A stretch of 64,000 bases of DNA, taken from contig OX597826.1 of NCBI GenBank assembly GCA_951406725.2, positions 40,982,001-41,046,000 of the forward strand, read 5' to 3'. Below are positions 1 through 64,000 of the stretch, one piece after another (position 1 is the stretch's first letter; each line of letters begins with the position of its first letter). Under the pieces are notes generated by a model, which saw nothing but the letters and a program-made list of their open reading frames with translations, was not told the origin of the DNA and did not search any database. The position numbers and the translations under genes are program-made. The DNA is from Octopus vulgaris. Lineage: Eukaryota.

Positions 1-319
1 TTAAGATTTTTTTTTTTTATATGAACTTATTTCCAAATGAGGGGCCAGTCAAAATAAAGACTGAAATTTCAATCAGGAAGTGAAACATACACATGTTCTA
101 CAAATACATACATATACAGAATAGAAGTACACATCATCGTTTTAACATCCACTTTTCCATATTTACATGGGGCAGAGATTGAGGATGGATGCCCTTTGTG
201 TTGCCCATGGTCAGACATGTTTTTCATGGAAGACTGGACAGGAATGATATCACTTGTATGACAGTGGCACTCATTTACAACTATCATCATGTAATGCCAA
301 GACAAGGAGACACAAACAC

Positions 320-366
<47 letters not shown>

Positions 367-1104
367 GACTTCTCTCAGTTTCCATCTACTAAATCTTCTC
401 ACAAGGCTCTGGGGCTATAATTGAAGACACTTGTCCAAGGTGCCATGCACTGGAACTAAACCTGAAATCACAAGGTTGACTCGTGAACTTCTTAAGCACA
501 CAGCCAAGCCTGCACTAAGTACACAATAGTACAAAACAATCCAGAGAGAGAAATGCTCAATATAATAGAGCAGAGTAGTAAAATTTGCTGGAAATTATAT
601 ATATACATACACAATATATATTTTTATATATTTGCATGTAAGTTTATATATAAACACAGACACCACACATCAATTCATACACTCAAATTCATACAGTATA
701 TATATATATATATAACATAAATATTCAATATATACACACCTAAAAATATCCAGTAGCACAACTCATATATAAAATGTAAATCATACACACATACATGCAT
801 GCACTAATAAATAGCCTTATACACCCACACATAAACACACACAACCTTAAAATTAAAAGATATAGCTTGAAGATGGAGTGAAAAAAGAAAAAAAAAAGTG
901 ACATTTACAGGCGTGTTTCCATGGCAATAAATTTCAGATGGAATTATTTGTCATTCTTCACAATATTGACACCCACCCCCATCACAATTTCTTTTATATT
1001 CTCATTTACATTGAGATGAAGTTCTTTCTTCTCTCTTCACAAGATCATACCACAAACCTTTTTACATATTCTTAAACATTTTCTGGAAATTTTATGCACA
1101 GGCT

Positions 1105-1110
1105 TTTATT
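1105..1110 (-). promoter_or_regulatory. Candidate polyadenylation signal AATAAA
   Basis: TTTATT on + strand, ~50 nt past the TAF1 stop; weak evidence in AT-rich DNA. Confidence 0.35.
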
Positions 1111-1161
1111 GTTTTTATAATTATTAGTGTTGTTTTCTTTTTCAAACATTTTGGTTTCGGT

Positions 1162-62002
<60,841 letters not shown>

Positions 62003-62039
62003 TGTCCACTGGTAAATGCATCAGTTCAGATTGCTGCAG

Positions 62040-62040
<1 letters not shown>

Positions 62041-62086
<46 letters not shown>

Positions 62087-62260
62087 GTAATAATGTAGTA
62101 GTAGTAGTAGTAGTAGTAGTAGGAGGAGGAGGAGGAGGAGGAGAAGAAGAAGAAGAAGAAGAAGAAGAAGAAGAAGAAGAAGAAGAAGAAGAAGAAGAAG
62201 AAGAAGAAGAAGAAGAAGAAGAAGAAGAAGAAGAAGAAGAAGAAGAAGAAACAACAACAA
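62041..62260. repeat. Compound trinucleotide microsatellite (AAT)(AGT)(AGG)(AAG)(AAC)
   Basis: Read directly. Confidence 0.95.
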
Positions 62261-63150
62261 AAGCTGTAAAACAACAGAAATCCAAACTAAAACTGGAACA
62301 GCAACAGATCATGATAAACCGATGGCAAGAAAAGCTTCTTCATGGCAAATACTGGATTAAACTAAATGCAAAGAAATAGACAAAGCAAAATCCCAGCAAT
62401 GGTTGAGAAGCTCAGGACTCAAAGCAGAGACTGAAGGATTTTTAACTGCAGCACAACACCAAAGCCTCCCCACCAGAAATTACCAAAAACATATAATGAA
62501 AAGAAATATAACAAGTAACTGCAGAATATGTGACAAGAAACAATAAATCATATTGTCTCTGGCTGCATAGTCTTGACTAAGAAGGAATATATTCACAGAC
62601 ACAACAGAGTTGGGACCTACATCCACTGGAAGCTATGCCAACATTATGGAATAACAACAGAAAAAAGATGGTATAGGTACTCACAAGAAAAGGTCACAGA
62701 AAATGAGAAAGCAACAATACTATGGGATATGCCAATACACACAAATAGAGAAATTAAGGCCAACAGACCAGATATCATCAAAGAAAAAAATGCTTTCTAA
62801 TTGATGTATCAATACCAACAGATGATATTTCTCTATAAAATACAAAGATCTGGAAATAGAGGTAACTCAAATGTGGAATCTAAAAACAGAAACAATTCCT
62901 CTCATAGTGGGTGCATTAGGTATGATAAAAAAAATATTCAGACAAATACATAACAAAAACACCAGGACTAACAAATATATATAACGTACAGAAAATAGCA
63001 ATACTAGGCACCACACACATCCTACATAAAACACTTTCAATACAGTAACTATAAGAACATCACAACAAACTACAGCACATACCCAAAGCACACACATAGA
63101 GCTGCGCATGATAGCATGGTGAAAGCAAATTATAAAAACAAGACTACTGA
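62251..63150 (+). mobile_element. R4/Dong-clade LINE 3' part, frameshifted
   Basis: WQEKLLHG..ETEGFLTAAQ..CRIC..ETINHIVSGC..RHNRV..ILWDMPI..ANRPDII..LIDVSIP..KYKDLEIE..PLIVGALG..QKIAILGTTHIL; (TAA)n tail. Confidence 0.85.
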
Positions 63151-63167
63151 ATAATAATAATAATAAT

Positions 63168-64000
63168 TTCTTTTTATTTGCCACCAGGGTGAAGGATGAG
63201 GAGGTCAATACAAAGACATACATTAAGTATGGAGATTTACATATAATGAAATGAGAGAAAAATGCGTATATAAATGTATAGAAAGTATTCACAGTATACA
63301 ATAAGACGGAGTAACGAAGCATACACAGCATACAATAGTAAAAATGAAAAATAAAGGGGAGATGATGATAGTGATGTGGCCCTCCTAACACAGGAGGACC
63401 TCTAGGAATAATGGAAGAACCCCACCATCCAAAATCTCCCTGAACATCAAAGACAATTACAGTCTCCAATTCCTGTTCTCTAACTCACAGCTCTATACTT
63501 AGTGTGGTACCATCCACTCTTGCCATTTTTGCAACTTTCATCCACTTTCCAATAAATTCACTTGAGAACAGCACCTTCCTCACCACCCTCACTTTCCCTT
63601 TCAAGTGAAACTTGAAAAAGTCAATAAGTTCAAAAGTGGAAAGTCTCTGTTCACAAGCCTTTCAGCCTTATCCACCAGACAACCCTGTTTGCCACTGTCA
63701 TCAAGCAGGAAAACTGCCTTACCTGCCTGATTAGAGGAAATCAGGGGAGCAATCCTCACTATAGACTCAACCAACAAATGAATCCATCCCACACACAACA
63801 ATAGCTGTTTGACATAACTGCACAGGTCAGCAATGCCTGAACATTGAATGAGGGCATGCAGAACAGTTTCGTTGCTCTGTGCATCAGTCCAACATCCCAA
63901 GATGCTATCTAACAGCATTGACCTGCCTCTCCAGGTGCTCAGCCACAAACCCACTGACTTGTCGGATTTGATATTGGCCCCTGCAACAAACTCATATTCC
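63168..64000 (-). mobile_element. L1/Tx1-like LINE 3' part, decayed
   Basis: ETVLHALIQC zinc-knuckle-like motif; AATAAAAAGAAA then (TTA)n. Confidence 0.6.

Noticed and set aside
62867-63469. 200-aa hydrophobic ORF
   Set aside because: Antisense to the A-rich Dong-like element and overlapping a LINE 3' UTR

Overview
AT-rich, microsatellite- and retroelement-dense animal genomic DNA; the repeat families suggest an octopus or other coleoid cephalopod (inference). Almost the whole window is one minus-strand gene, TAF1 (TFIID subunit 1). I traced 41 coding exons by hand from the ATG at 62002 to the TGA at 1162 with consistent splice phases, giving about 1960 aa: TBP-binding N-terminus, DUF3591 core, zinc knuckle, double bromodomain, acidic tail. 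The promoter and a 5'-UTR exon probably lie beyond the right edge. Introns hold tRNA-head SINEs, RTE, CR1, R4/Dong and L1/Tx1 LINE fragments, piggyBac, hAT and mariner MITEs, a Helitron, a 5S rRNA pseudogene and minisatellites. Most notable: a GC-AG intron containing a 292-bp inverted repeat; several 3' splice sites built on (UUA)n microsatellites with R4/Dong or L1/Tx1 remnants beside them; tandem hairpin+pseudoknot units in RTE 3' UTRs; a 5S-SINE fusion; and several template-switch scars. All coordinates were read by eye, and repeat boundaries are approximate.
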